Shown here: positions 1 to 11,492 of the stretch, in pieces
How the letters are laid out: every line of letters starts with the position of its first letter
Position numbering within the stretch: position 1 is the stretch's first letter
Source: Macrostomum lignano
Lineage: Eukaryota
Direction of reading: 5' to 3'
Assembly (NCBI GenBank): GCA_002269645.1
Contig: NIVC01001863.1
Coordinates: 1-64,000 of the forward strand
DNA length: 64,000 nt
The notes under the pieces: model-generated
The model's input: only the letters and a program-made list of their open reading frames with translations
Told to the model about the DNA's origin: nothing
Databases searched by the model: none
Made by a program: the position numbers and the translations under genes

Positions 1-3000
1 GGCGTCGGATGATGCGCTTGATCACGCGTCGTATCTGGCGTCGGCCCTTAGTCACTCGTTTGCGGACGACTCGTCGGATGATGCGCTTGACCTTGCGGAC
101 GCTGCGTTTAATGCGTTTAACGATACGTCGCTTACTCACTCGTCGGCGTCGGCGGCGGACTACTTTTCGGCGGACCACGCGCTTGCGGATCACTCGTCGG
201 CAGATGCGCTTGATCACACGTTTTGTCACGCGTCGTCCTTAATGACTCGGCGTCGGATGATGCGCTTGATCACGCGTCGTATCTGGCGTCGGCCCTTAGT
301 CACTCGTTTGCGGACGACTCGTCGGATGATGCGCTTGACCTTGCGGACGCTGCGTTTAATGCGTTTAACGATACGTCGCTTACTCACTCGTCGGCGTCGG
401 CGGCGGACTACTTTTCGGCGGACCACGCGCTTGCGGATCACTCGTCGGCAGATGCGCTTGATCACACGTTTTGTCACGCGTCGTCCCTTAATGACTCGGC
501 GTCGGATGATGCGCTTGATCACGCGTCGTATCTGCGTCGGCCCTTAGTCACTCGTTTGCGGACGACTCGTCGGATGATGCGCTTGACCTTGCGGACGCTG
601 CGTTTAATGCGTTTAACGATACGTCGCTTACTCACTCGTCGGCGTCGGCGGCGGACTACTTTTCGGCGGACCACGCGCTTGCGGATCACTCGTCGGCAGA
701 TGCGCTTGATCACACGTTTTGTCACGCGTCGTCCCTTAATGACTCGGCGTCGGATGATGCGCTTGATCACGCGTCGTATCTGCGTCGGCCCTTAGTCACT
801 CGTTTGCGGACGACTCGTCGGATGATGCGCTTGACCTTGCGGACGCTGCGTTTAATGCGTTTAACGATACGTCGCTTACTCACTCGTCGGCGTCGGCGGC
901 GGACTACTTTTCGGCGGACCACGCGCTTGCGGATCACTCGTCGGCAGATGCGCTTGATCACACGTTTTGTCACGCGTCGTCCCTTAATGACTCGGCGTCG
1001 GATGATGCGCTTGATCACGCGTCGTATCTTGGCGTCGGCCCTTAGTCACTCGTTTGCGGACGACTCGTCGGATGATGCGCTTGACCTTGCGGACGCTGCG
1101 TTTAATGCGTTTAACGATACGTCGCTTACTCACTCGTCGGCGTCGGCGGCGGACTACTTTTCGGCGGACCCGCGCTTGCGGATCACTCGTCGGCAGATGC
1201 GCTTGATCACACGTTTTGTCACGCGTCGTCCCTTAATGACTCGGCGTCGGATGATGCGCTTGATCACGCGTCGTATCTGGCGTCGGCCCTTAGTCACTCG
1301 TTGCGGACGACTCGTCGGATGATGCGCTTGACCTTGCGGACGCTGCGTTTAATGCGTTTAACGATACGTCGCTTACTCACTCGTCGGCGTCGGCGGCGGA
1401 CTACTTTTCGGCGGACCACGCGCTTGCGGATCACTCGTCGGCAGATGCGCTTGATCACACGTTTTGTCACGCGTCGTCCCTTAATGACTCGGCGTCGGAT
1501 GATGCGCTTGATCACGCGTCGTATCTGGCGTCGGCCCTTAGTCACTCGTTTGCGGACGACTCGTCGGATGATGCGCTTGACCTTGCGGACGCTGCGTTTA
1601 ATGCGTTTAACGATACGTCGCTTACTCACTCGTCGGCGTCGGCGGCGGACTACTTTTCGGCGGACCACGCGCTTGCGGATCACTCGTCGGCAGATGCGCT
1701 TGATCACACGTTTTGTCACGCGTCGTCCCTTAATGACTCGGCGTCGGATGATGCGCTTGATCACGCGTCGTATCTGGCGTCGGCCCTTAGTCACTCGTTT
1801 GCGGACGACTCGTCGGATGATGCGCTTGACCTTGCGGACGCTGCGTTTAATGCGTTTAACGATACGTCGCTTACTCACTCGTCGGCGTCGGCGGCGGACT
1901 ACTTTTCGGCGGACCACGCGCTTGCGGATCACTCGTCGGCAGATGCGCTTGATCACACGTTTTGTCACGCGTCGTCCCTTAATGACTCGGCGTCGGATGA
2001 TGCGCTTGATCACGCGTCGTATCTTGCGTCGGCCCTTAGTCACTCGTTTGCGGACGACTCGTCGGATGATGCGCTTGACCTTGCGGACGCTGCGTTTAAT
2101 GCGTTTAACGATACGTCGCTTACTCACTCGTCGGCGTCGGCGGCGGACTACTTTTCGGCGGACCACGCGCTTGCGGATCACTCGTCGGCAGATGCGCTTG
2201 ATCACACGTTTTGTCACGCGTCGTCCCTTAATGACTCGGCGTCGGATGATGCGCTTGATCACGCGTCGTATCTGCGTCGGCCCTTAGTCACTCGTTTGCG
2301 GACGACTCGTCGGATGATGCGCTTGACCTTGCGGACGCTGCGTTTAATGCGTTTAACGATACGTCGCTTACTCACTCGTCGGCGTCGGCGGCGGACTACT
2401 TTTCGGCGGACCACGCGCTTGCGGATCACTCGTCGGCAGATGCGCTTGATCACACGTTTTGTCACGCGTCGTCCCTTAATGACTCGGCGTCGGATGATGC
2501 GCTTGATCACGCGTCGTATCTTGCGTCGGCCCTTAGTCACTCGTTTGCGGACGACTCGTCGGATGATGCGCTTGACCTTGCGGACGCTGCGTTTAATGCG
2601 TTTAACGATACGTCGCTTACTCACTCGTCGGCGTCGGCGGCGGACTACTTTTCGGCGGACCACGCGCTTGCGGATCACTCGTCGGCAGATGCGCTTGATC
2701 ACACGTTTTGTCACGCGTCGTCCCTTAATGACTCGGCGTCGGATGATGCGCTTGATCACGCGTCGTATCTTGCGTCGGCCCTTAGTCACTCGTTTGCGGA
2801 CGACTCGTCGGATGATGCGCTTGACCTTGCGGACGCTGCGTTTAATGCGTTTAACGATACGTCGCTTACTCACTCGTCGGCGTCGGCGGCGGACTACTTT
2901 TCGGCGGACCACGCGCTTGCGGATCACTCGTCGGCAGATGCGCTTGATCACACGTTTGTCACGCGTCGTCCCTTAATGACTCGGCGTCGGATGATGCGCT

Positions 3001-5830
3001 TGATCACGCGTCGTATCTGCGTCGGCCCTTAGTCACTCGTTTGCGGACGACTCGTCGGATGATGCGCTTGACCTTGCGGACGCTGCGTTTAATGCGTTTA
3101 ACGATACGTCGCTTACTCACTCGTCGGCGTCGGCGGCGGACTACTTTTCGGCGGACCACGCGCTTGCGGATCACTCGTCGGCAGATGCGCTTGATCACAC
3201 GTTTTGTCACGCGTCGTCCCTTAATGACTCGGCGTCGGATGATGCGCTTGATCACGCGTCGTATCTGGCGTCGGCCCTTAGTCACTCGTTTGCGGACGAC
3301 TCGTCGGATGATGCGCTTGACCTTGCGGACGCTGCGTTTAATGCGTTTAACGATACGTCGCTTACTCACTCGTCGGCGTCGGCGGCGGACTACTTTTCGG
3401 CGGACACGCGCTTGCGGATCACTCGTCGGCAGATGCGCTTGATCACACGTTTTGTCACGCGTCGTCCCTTAATGACTCGGCGTCGGATGATGCGCTTGAT
3501 CACGCGTCGTATCTGGCGTCGGCCCTTAGTCACTCGTTTGCGGACGACTCGTCGGATGATGCGCTTGACCTTGCGGACGCTGCGTTTAATGCGTTTAACG
3601 ATACGTCGCTTACTCACTCGTCGGCGTCGCGGCGGACTACTTTTCGGCGGACCAGCGCTTGCGGATCACTCGTCGGCAGATGCGCTTGATCACACGTTTT
3701 GTCACGCGTCGTCCCTTAATGACTCGGCGTCGGATGATGCGCTTGATCACGCGTCGTATCTGGCGTCGGCCCTTAGTCACTCGTTTGCGGACGACTCGTC
3801 GGATGATGCGCTTGACCTTGCGGACGCTGCGTTTAATGCGTTTAACGATACGTCGCTTACTCACTCGTCGGCGTCGGCGGCGGACTACTTTTCGGCGGAC
3901 CACGCGCTTGCGGATCACTCGTCGGCAGATGCGCTTGATCACACGTTTTGTCACGCGTCGTCCCTTAATGACTCGGCGTCGGATGATGCGCTGATCACGC
4001 GTCGTATCTTGGCGTCGGCCCTTAGTCACTCGTTTGCGGACGACTCGTCGGATGATGCGCTTGACCTTGCGGACGCTGCGTTTAATGCGTTTAACGATAC
4101 GTCGCTTACTCACTCGTCGGCGTCGGCGGCGGACTACTTTTCGGCGGACCACGCGCTTGCGGATCACTCGTCGGCAGATGCGCTTGATCACACGTTTTGT
4201 CACGCGTCGTCCCTTAATGACTCGGCGTCGGATGATGCGCTTGATCACGCGTCGTATCTGGCGTCGGCCCTTAGTCACTCGTTTGCGGACGACTCGTCGG
4301 ATGATGCGCTTGACCTTGCGGACGCTGAGTTTAATGCGTTTAACGATACGTCGCTTACTCACTCGTCGGCGTCGGCGGCGGACTACTTTTCGGCGGACCA
4401 CGCGCTTGCGGATCACTCGTCGGCAGATGCGCTTGATCACACGTTTTGTCACGCGTCGTCCCTTAATGACTCGGCGTCGGATGATGCGCTTGATCACGCG
4501 TCGTATCTGGCGTCGGCCCTTAGTCACTCGTTTGCGGACGACTCGTCGGATGATGCGCTTGACCTTGCGGACGCTGCGTTTAATGCGTTTAACGATACGT
4601 CGCTTACTCACTCGTCGGCGTCGGCGGCGGACTACTTTTCGGCGGACCACGCGCTTCGTCGGCATCACTCGTCGTCGCAGATGCGCTTGATCACACGTTT
4701 TGTCACGCGTCGTCCCTTAATGACTCGGCGTCGGATGATGCCTTGATCACGCGTCGTATCTGGCGTCGGCGTCACGGCCCTCGTAGTCACTCGTTTGCGG
4801 ACGACTCGTCGGATGATGCGCTTGACCTTGCGGACGCTGAGTTTAATGCGTTTAACGATACGTCGCTTACTCACTCGTCGGCGTCGGCGGCGGACTACTT
4901 TTCGGCGGACCACGCGCTTGCGGATCACTCGTCGGCAGATGCGCTTGATCACACGTTTTGTCACGCGTCGTCCCTTAATGACTCGGCGTCGGATGATGCG
5001 CTTGATCACGCGTCGTATCTGGCGTCGGCCCTTAGTCACTCGTTTGCGGACGACTCGTCGGATGATGCGCTTGACCTTGCGGACGCTGCGTTTAATGCGT
5101 TTAACGATACGTCGCTTACTCACTCGTCGGCGTCGGCGGCGGACTACTTTTCGGCGGACCACGCGCTTGCGGATCACTCGTCGGCAGATGCGCTTGATCA
5201 CACGTTTTGTCACGCGTCGTCCCTTAATGACTCGGCGTCGGATGATGCGCTTGATCACGCGTCGTATCTGGCGTCGGCCCTTAGTCACTCGTTTGCGGAC
5301 GACTCGTCGGATGATGCGCTTGACCTTGCGGACGCTGCGTTTAATGCGTTTAACGATACGTCGCTTACTCACTCGTCGGCGTCGGCGGCGGACTACTTTT
5401 CGGCGGACCACGCGCTTGCGGATCACTCGTCGGCAGATGCGCTTGATCACACGTTTTGTCACGCGTCGTCCCTTAATGACTCGGCGTCGGATGATACGCT
5501 TGATCACGCGTCGTATCTGGCGTCGGCCCTTAGTCACTCGTTTGCGGACGACTCGTCGGATGATGCGCTTGATCACGCGTCGTATCTGCGTCGAGTCACT
5601 CGTTTGCGGACGACTCGTCGGATGTGCGCTTGACCTTGTGCGTTTAATGCGTTTAACGATACGTCGCTTACTCACTCGTCGGCGTCGGCGGCGGACTCTG
5701 GCGTTTCACTCGTCGGCAGATGCGCTCGGATGTCCCTTAATGACTCGCTTGATTTGATCACGCGTATCTTCGGCCCTTAGTCACTCGCGGACGACTTCGG
5801 ATGATGCGCTTGATGACATCCTTTTCCGAA
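1..5830 (-). repeat. 249-bp tandem array (~23 copies visible), probably coding (83 codons per unit)
   Basis: Unit length is divisible by 3. The minus frame gives VIKRIIRRRVIKGRRVTKRVIKRICRRVIRKRVVRRKVVRRRRRRVSKRRIVKRIKRSVRKVKRIIRRVVRKRVTKGRRQIRR with no stop, open over up to 4 units between 1-bp indels. Copies are nearly identical. Confidence 0.95.
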
Positions 5831-8475
5831 GAAAGCGCGTTTATGACAAGCCGTTTAGTCTGCGTTTTGTCAGTGGCTTCTTTTTTAGCTTTCGCATGAC
5901 TTTTCGCTGGAACCTTTTGTTAATCTTTCTGAGCTTTTTACCGAATCGCGTCTTTGCCTTGACTATCCTCTTTTTGAATCGCTGAACTCTGCGCTGGAGT
6001 CTGGCCTTGTACCTGAGGCGCATCTTTTGAAGAAACTTCTGATACAACTGCTTCTTCTCTCGCAGCCTCTGGCGGTAGAGACGCAGCTTCATCAGCAGCA
6101 GCTTGGTCTGGTAGCGGGCCTTGTAGATCCGCTTGGCAGCAGCCATGATTTTGCGCTTATCGATGGCGCACTGCTGCGGCGACCGCTTAGTAGCTGGAAT
6201 GGCGGGTTTCTGGCTGTTGGCACAAGGTTTATAAAAGAATTTTTATCATATTTAAAGCTGAGATTGGCAGCTTAGTAGTCTTTTGTCTACCTCTGAATAT
6301 GTAGATTGGCAACTGCGACAAAACTACGTACTATATAACGTTGTGCTTTCTTTTTTTGAAAAAAACGTGCCTTGGATTTGATTGCGTCCCATATTTTCAC
6401 ATTCTGTGGCAGCGCCAGCTGGAAAGCTCCAACTATTTGAATAAGCTCAGATTCCATTCGACAAATTACAGCTTGTTTTTTTGACAAAGGGGATGTTAAA
6501 CTTAAGAGTCAAATCCGACCACTTTAGCATTTGGGATCTGTATGGGGAGAGGGGCCGGCAGCTCGGACAGGTGGGGCGCCTCCAGTTGCTGTTGGGCCAG
6601 TGTGGGGATGAGATGGACTACGGCTCAGGGTTGGTGTTGGGGTTCAGGGACAAGCTTAGGGTTTATGGAATGGAGTTTAGGGTTCAAGGGATGGAGTTTA
6701 GGGTTCAGGTGGTGGAGTTTAGGGTTCAGGTGGTGGAGTTTAGGGTTCAGGTGGTGGAGTTTAGGGTTCAGGTGGTGGAGTTTAGGGTTCAGGTGGTGGA
6801 GTTTAGGGTTCAGTTGGTGGAGTTTAGGGTTCAGGTGGTGGAGTTTAGGGTTCAGGTGGTGGAGTTTAGGGTTTTGTCTCTTCTGGACCTTCTGGACACG
6901 GAGAAATGGGATAAATTGGGATTTCATGTGATCGGAAAACTTTCCTGTGTTATTTTGAGTTGAATATGTTTTCATTGTGTTTTCCAGGACTCCAGTATAC
7001 AGCCCTTTATGAAACATTGTACCAAAACTTGCCGTTAGTTACGCAAGAATGTAAGGCATGCACGTTTAGGAGTGACGGAAGAATGTTAAGCGTTAAGTTG
7101 TGGTTTTTCACGTGGAATCCCCATTTATCCAATTTCTCCCCACAGAGATCCCCAAATGCTAAAGTGGTCGGGCTTTCTGCATAACGGGAGATGTTTGGCT
7201 CCAAATGAAGGGATTGGCGTAGAGAAATCGGGACCCAATTATTCAGGCTCCATTTTGACTCCTAAGTTTACATCCTCTTTAATCTTTATTGACAGTAAAT
7301 TGTCAGAAAAGGTTGAAGTTGTCAATTTCCTGTGCCCGTTTTCTTAAAAAGAGGAACAATATAAGGAGATCCCATAGATTAGGCTCTTGCATAATCTATG
7401 GAAAAAGATACACGAGCGACACGAGACTGGCCACGTATCACTACTTGGTGTGCGCTTGCTGGGCTTCATAAAAGGAATAACATTTCCACTATTTCTGCTC
7501 CAGCGCTACGGATGCCGTCAGATAGTTATGGGTCTCACTGTGCTTGGTACTCCTACTTTAGTTGCAAATAGAAGGCTTGGATTCAAGGCGAGCGTTTGAG
7601 CTGGACACTCTTGGACTGCATTTGAGTACGAGGCATCAGGGCACCGTTGGGAAAGAGGCGGCCGTGTTCTAACGGAACTCACCCGCTTTGAAGCCGGTTT
7701 TGAGAATCAGGTTGCGCCAGAACCCTCCGCAGGTTTGCACGCGGGATCCGTTGCACGGCTTGTTGCACTCCGAGCTCTGGGCGCGGCCGTGCCTACCGTA
7801 GCTGTTGCCGCACCGGCACTCGTTGCCGTTCTGCACTCCGGCGTAGCTGAACCGCAGCTTGAAGCACTGGGCAGCGCAGGCCGCAGGCGTCACGGAGCCC
7901 AGCCTGGCCAGCTTGGGCAGGTCGCGCGGCTTCGCCTTGTCCTTGAAGCAGCCGACGCTGGGCGGCTTCTTGATTGCCTCTGCGAGGATTTGTTGTGTTA
8001 CTGAGTTAGGGGGGGGGCTTTCTCACCCGGGGATTTCGGTCGCGGTGGACACACTGTAGGGAAATTCCAGTCCTACAGTGAACATCCCAGAAAGACCGGC
8101 ATTATTAGCAGTGTATAAAAACCTGTTGCGATAGAAAAGAACAGGAAAGAGTGTCCAATGCGGGGGAAGAAGCGTCCAAGGCGGGGGAAAGAGTGTCTAA
8201 GGGGAGGGAGTGTCCGAAAGACAGGAAAGATGCCCAAAGGACCAGAGGACAGGAAGTGTCCAAAGAACAGGACAGGACGCAGTGGAACATTTAGCATGCA
8301 TTTACCGGTATGCATGAGATTCGCCAATAGGCAAGAGATGTGTAAGAGCGATTGAAACAAAGGACACAGGCTAACACAACAGCTTACTCTTGGCTGGAAG
8401 GCTGGATAAGCTGGCACCATTGGCGGACATGGCTGCCCAGACAGCGAGGATCAGCAGCAGCAGCCAGAGCCTCAT
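1..8475 (-). CDS. Secreted WSC-domain protein with Lys/Arg-rich region and a giant 83-aa Arg/Lys/Val/Ile tandem-repeat tail (3' end outside window)
   Basis: Exon1 8475-8388 (MRLWLLLLILAVWAAMSANGASLSSLPAK, signal peptide; donor A|GTAAGC, phase 1). Exon2 7979-7683 (297 nt, acceptor cctcgcag, WSC motif SVGCFKD...CAAQC...YAGVQNGNECRCGNSY...CNKPCNG...CGG, donor G|GTGAGT, phase 1). Exon3 from 6193 (acceptor gccattccag, phase 1) reads ATKRSPQQCAIDKRKIMAAAKRIYKARY... to an apparent stop at 5841 in a degraded, indel-rich junction, followed by the repeat frame. The link to the repeats requires correcting indels at ~5600-5850. Confidence 0.75.
6515..7171. mobile_element. Foldback/MITE-like element with ~37-bp terminal inverted repeats and an internal 21-bp G-rich array
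   Basis: ccgaccactttagcatttgggatctgtatggggaga at 6515 is the near reverse complement of tctccccacagagatccccaaatgctaaagtggtcgg ending 7171. No clear TSD. Confidence 0.5.
6670..6872. repeat. 21-bp minisatellite (ggtggtggagtttagggttca)n
   Basis: About 9 direct copies. Confidence 0.9.
7683..7979 (-). CDS. WSC-domain exon of the polycationic repeat gene
   Basis: Cys pattern and GCF-x-D, YAG-x-Q-x-G-x-EC-x-CG motifs typical of WSC domains; symmetric phase 1-1 exon. Confidence 0.9.
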
Positions 8476-9677
8476 GTTGAGTCCGGCCGCCGCTTGCGAA
8501 GCAATGTTTGCTGATGACAACCGGCCAGCAATGCAGTTGCCTGGTTGAGATTTTTTGCAGCAGAGTTTCGTTTGTCAAAACAGACAAGCTGGCTGTGGAG
8601 TTTCTCGCTCCGCAGGTTCTCTCTTCTGCCAACGGTTGATCCAAATGGGGGACTCACCGTGGTTAGCTGGGGGACTTCGGAGAGAAGTGAGGCTTCAGGC
8701 GAAGAGCCAGCTGGCTGGTGGGCCGGCGGTTTTATCGCGCTGCCGATACCAGCATTGCGGCCTTCGTGCTGCGTCGATCGCGCCACCACCCGCCTGACCG
8801 CCCCCCCCTCCTTACCCTCCGCGGACCATCGCCGTTCCTGCGAAGGAAGCGCTACAAAAAACCAGCTGGCCTCGAGACCGAGCTGCCGCTGCTTTTGTTT
8901 TGCTCTTCCGGAGCCTCCCGGGCTTGCAGCCGTCGACAGCAACGGCGGGGAGGTGGGGGTGGGGGCACTGCTGCAGTCCTCTACTCTCCGCCCCTCTCCG
9001 CCAGGCCACCCACGGCCGAGAGTTGCTGATTCAGCAGGTGGAGCTCCTGGCCAGCCCCCCAAGCCCCCGCTCTGCAGTAATCGATTCAGCGATACTTCAG
9101 CAAGTTGGCAGCCGCAACGCTGCGCTGTCTTGGGTGGTGCCGGAATGACGAGCAACTGCAACCACTGGCTGCGCCCAGCAGTGCCCAACTCGCATTACCA
9201 ACCCCCCCCCCTCAGTCCAGAGCTGGCAGAGTCCTGCACCCGCAAATTGGAGAACTCGAAAGTCATAAACAGCGCCAGAGAGAATCGATCAGCCTCTCCC
9301 TGCTCAACTCAACCACCCAGAGCTCCAGTTCGAGGATAAATTCCAGGGCATCGAAAGCTGCCGAAAACAAAAAATAAACAACAACAGAAGACGCAACACT
9401 TTAACTGAAAAGTGAACAGCAAACTAAACAAATGCCGTGTGCGGATATCAATATCAAACAGTCGCGTTTTATCTGATTATGAATTCTTTAACAAACTCAA
9501 TCCGTGAAGCAGCTGAATTAACTATCAGCACTGACTAGTTGGGACACTGCGAATAAAATAGTAAAACTGCAAGCACTGCGATAGCGCAAGCTTTGAAAAT
9601 AAGTAGCTCGTAATATCGAATGCTCTTCGCGATTAGTAAGTGCAATAAGAGAAAACTTATTGAAACACGGAAACAAG

Positions 9678-10203
9678 GAGACACGAGTGAAACACGAGTG
9701 AGACACGAGTGAGACACGATTGACACACGAGTGAGACACGAGTGAGACACGGGTGAGACACGGGTGAGACACGATTGACACACGAGTAAGACACGAGTGA
9801 GACACGGGTGAGACACGGGTGAGACACGGGTGAGACACGGGTGAGACACGATTGACACACGAGTAAGACACGAGTGAGACACGGGTGAGACACGGGTGAG
9901 ACACGATTGACACACGAGTAAGACACGAGTGAGACACGAGTGAAACACGAGTGAGACACGGGTGAGACACGATTGACACACGAGTAAGACACGGGTGAGA
10001 CACGAGTGAGACACGAGTGAGACACGATTGACACACGAGTGAGACACAAGTGAGACACGAGTGAGACACGAGTGAGACACGAGTGAGACACGAGTGAGAC
10101 ACGAGTGAGACACAAGTGAGACACGAGTGAGACACGAGTGAGACACGAGTGAGACACGAGTGAGACACAAGTGAGACACGAGTGAGACACGAGTGAGACA
10201 CAG
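9678..10203. repeat. 11-bp minisatellite (gagtgagacac)n
   Basis: Direct tandem copies with variants. Confidence 0.9.
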
Positions 10204-10614
10204 TTAGCTGAGTGAGCAAAAGTTGAGCCAGATAAACAAAAATGTTGCATTTTAATATTTTAGCAAATAAACAAAATTTTGTTGAACGGACGCTAAAGCT
10301 TACAGAAAAACATTTCTTAGAATCTAAACTAAAAGCTAAATTCGCATTGGAATTGACGAGTAAAAAATAAACTGTTAAAGGAACTAATCTACCAGCTAGT
10401 GGCAAAAAGGGCAAAAAGTTGAATGAAGAGTTGTATAAAATTTCTAATATTTTGATAACAAAAATTACTCTCAAGGAATTTAGCTCTGCAAATAAAAAAG
10501 AAGAGCTCACGGAGAACTTCCATCCTGGAACTATACATAAAATATCTGCTTGGAAAAATGTTTAGAAATAGCAGAATAATAAAGCTGAATGCTAAGCAGC
10601 AAAAGTAATAGATA

Positions 10615-11486
10615 ATCCAGGTCATAGATAGATCCGGTCATACATAGTTCCGGTCATAGATAGATCCGGTCATACATGTACATAGTTCCGGTCATAGATA
10701 GATCCGGTCATACATAGTTTCGGTCATAGATAGATCCGGTCATACATAGTTCCGGTCATAGATAGATCCGGTCATAAATAGTTCCGGTCATAGATAGATC
10801 CGGTCATACATAGTTCCGGTCATAGATAGATCCGGTCATAAATAGTTTTGGTCATAGATATCCGGTCATAAATAGTTCCGGTCATAGATATCCGGTCAAA
10901 GTTCCGGTCAAAGACAGTTCAGTAATAGACAGATCAGATCCGATAAATTTGGTCATGATCGCATTGGTGAAGAAAGATTCGGTGACAGACAGACTGGGTC
11001 ATAGGAGATAGGGTCATAGACAGATTGGGTCATAAACAGATTGGGTCATAGGCAGATTGAGCATAAGCAGCTTGGGTCATGGACAGATTGGGTCATAGAC
11101 AGACTGGGTCACAGGCAGATTGAGTCATAGGCAGATTGAGTCATAGACAGATTGGGTCATAGACAGACTGGGTCATAGGCAGACTGGGTCATAGGCAAAT
11201 TGAGTCATAGACAGATTGGGTCATAGACAGACTGGGTCATATACAGACTGGGTCATAGGCAGATTGAGTCATAGACAGATTGGGTCATAGACAGACTGGG
11301 TCATAGGCAGACTGGGTCATAGGCAGATTGAGTCATAGACAGATTGGGTCATAGACAGACTGGGCCATAGGCAGACTGAGTCATAGGCAGATTGAGTCAT
11401 AGACAGATTGGGTCATAGACAGACTGGGTCATAGACAGACTGGGTCATAGGCAGACTGGGTCATAGGCAGATTGAGTCATAGACAG
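10615..11486. repeat. Two related 16-bp arrays (ccggtcatagatagat then gggtcatagacagact) downstream of the Rogdi stop
   Basis: Shared ggtcatag core, with a gradual transition at ~10900-11000. Confidence 0.85.
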
Positions 11487-11492
11487 TTCAAA

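Noticed and set aside
9-5757. Plus-strand Arg-rich (MRTTRRMMRL...) and Asp/Ala/Ser-rich ORFs
   Set aside because: Shifted and exact antisense readings of the minus-strand repeat; no start, signal or splice context supports them.
1-6146. Protamine or sperm nuclear basic protein
   Set aside because: Composition fits, but in-phase upstream exons encode a signal peptide and an extracellular WSC domain.
8472-9377. Overlapping 238-264 aa ORFs upstream of the WSC-polycation gene
   Set aside because: GC-rich sequence with no recognisable motif or consistent splice model; may be regulatory or a decayed repeat.
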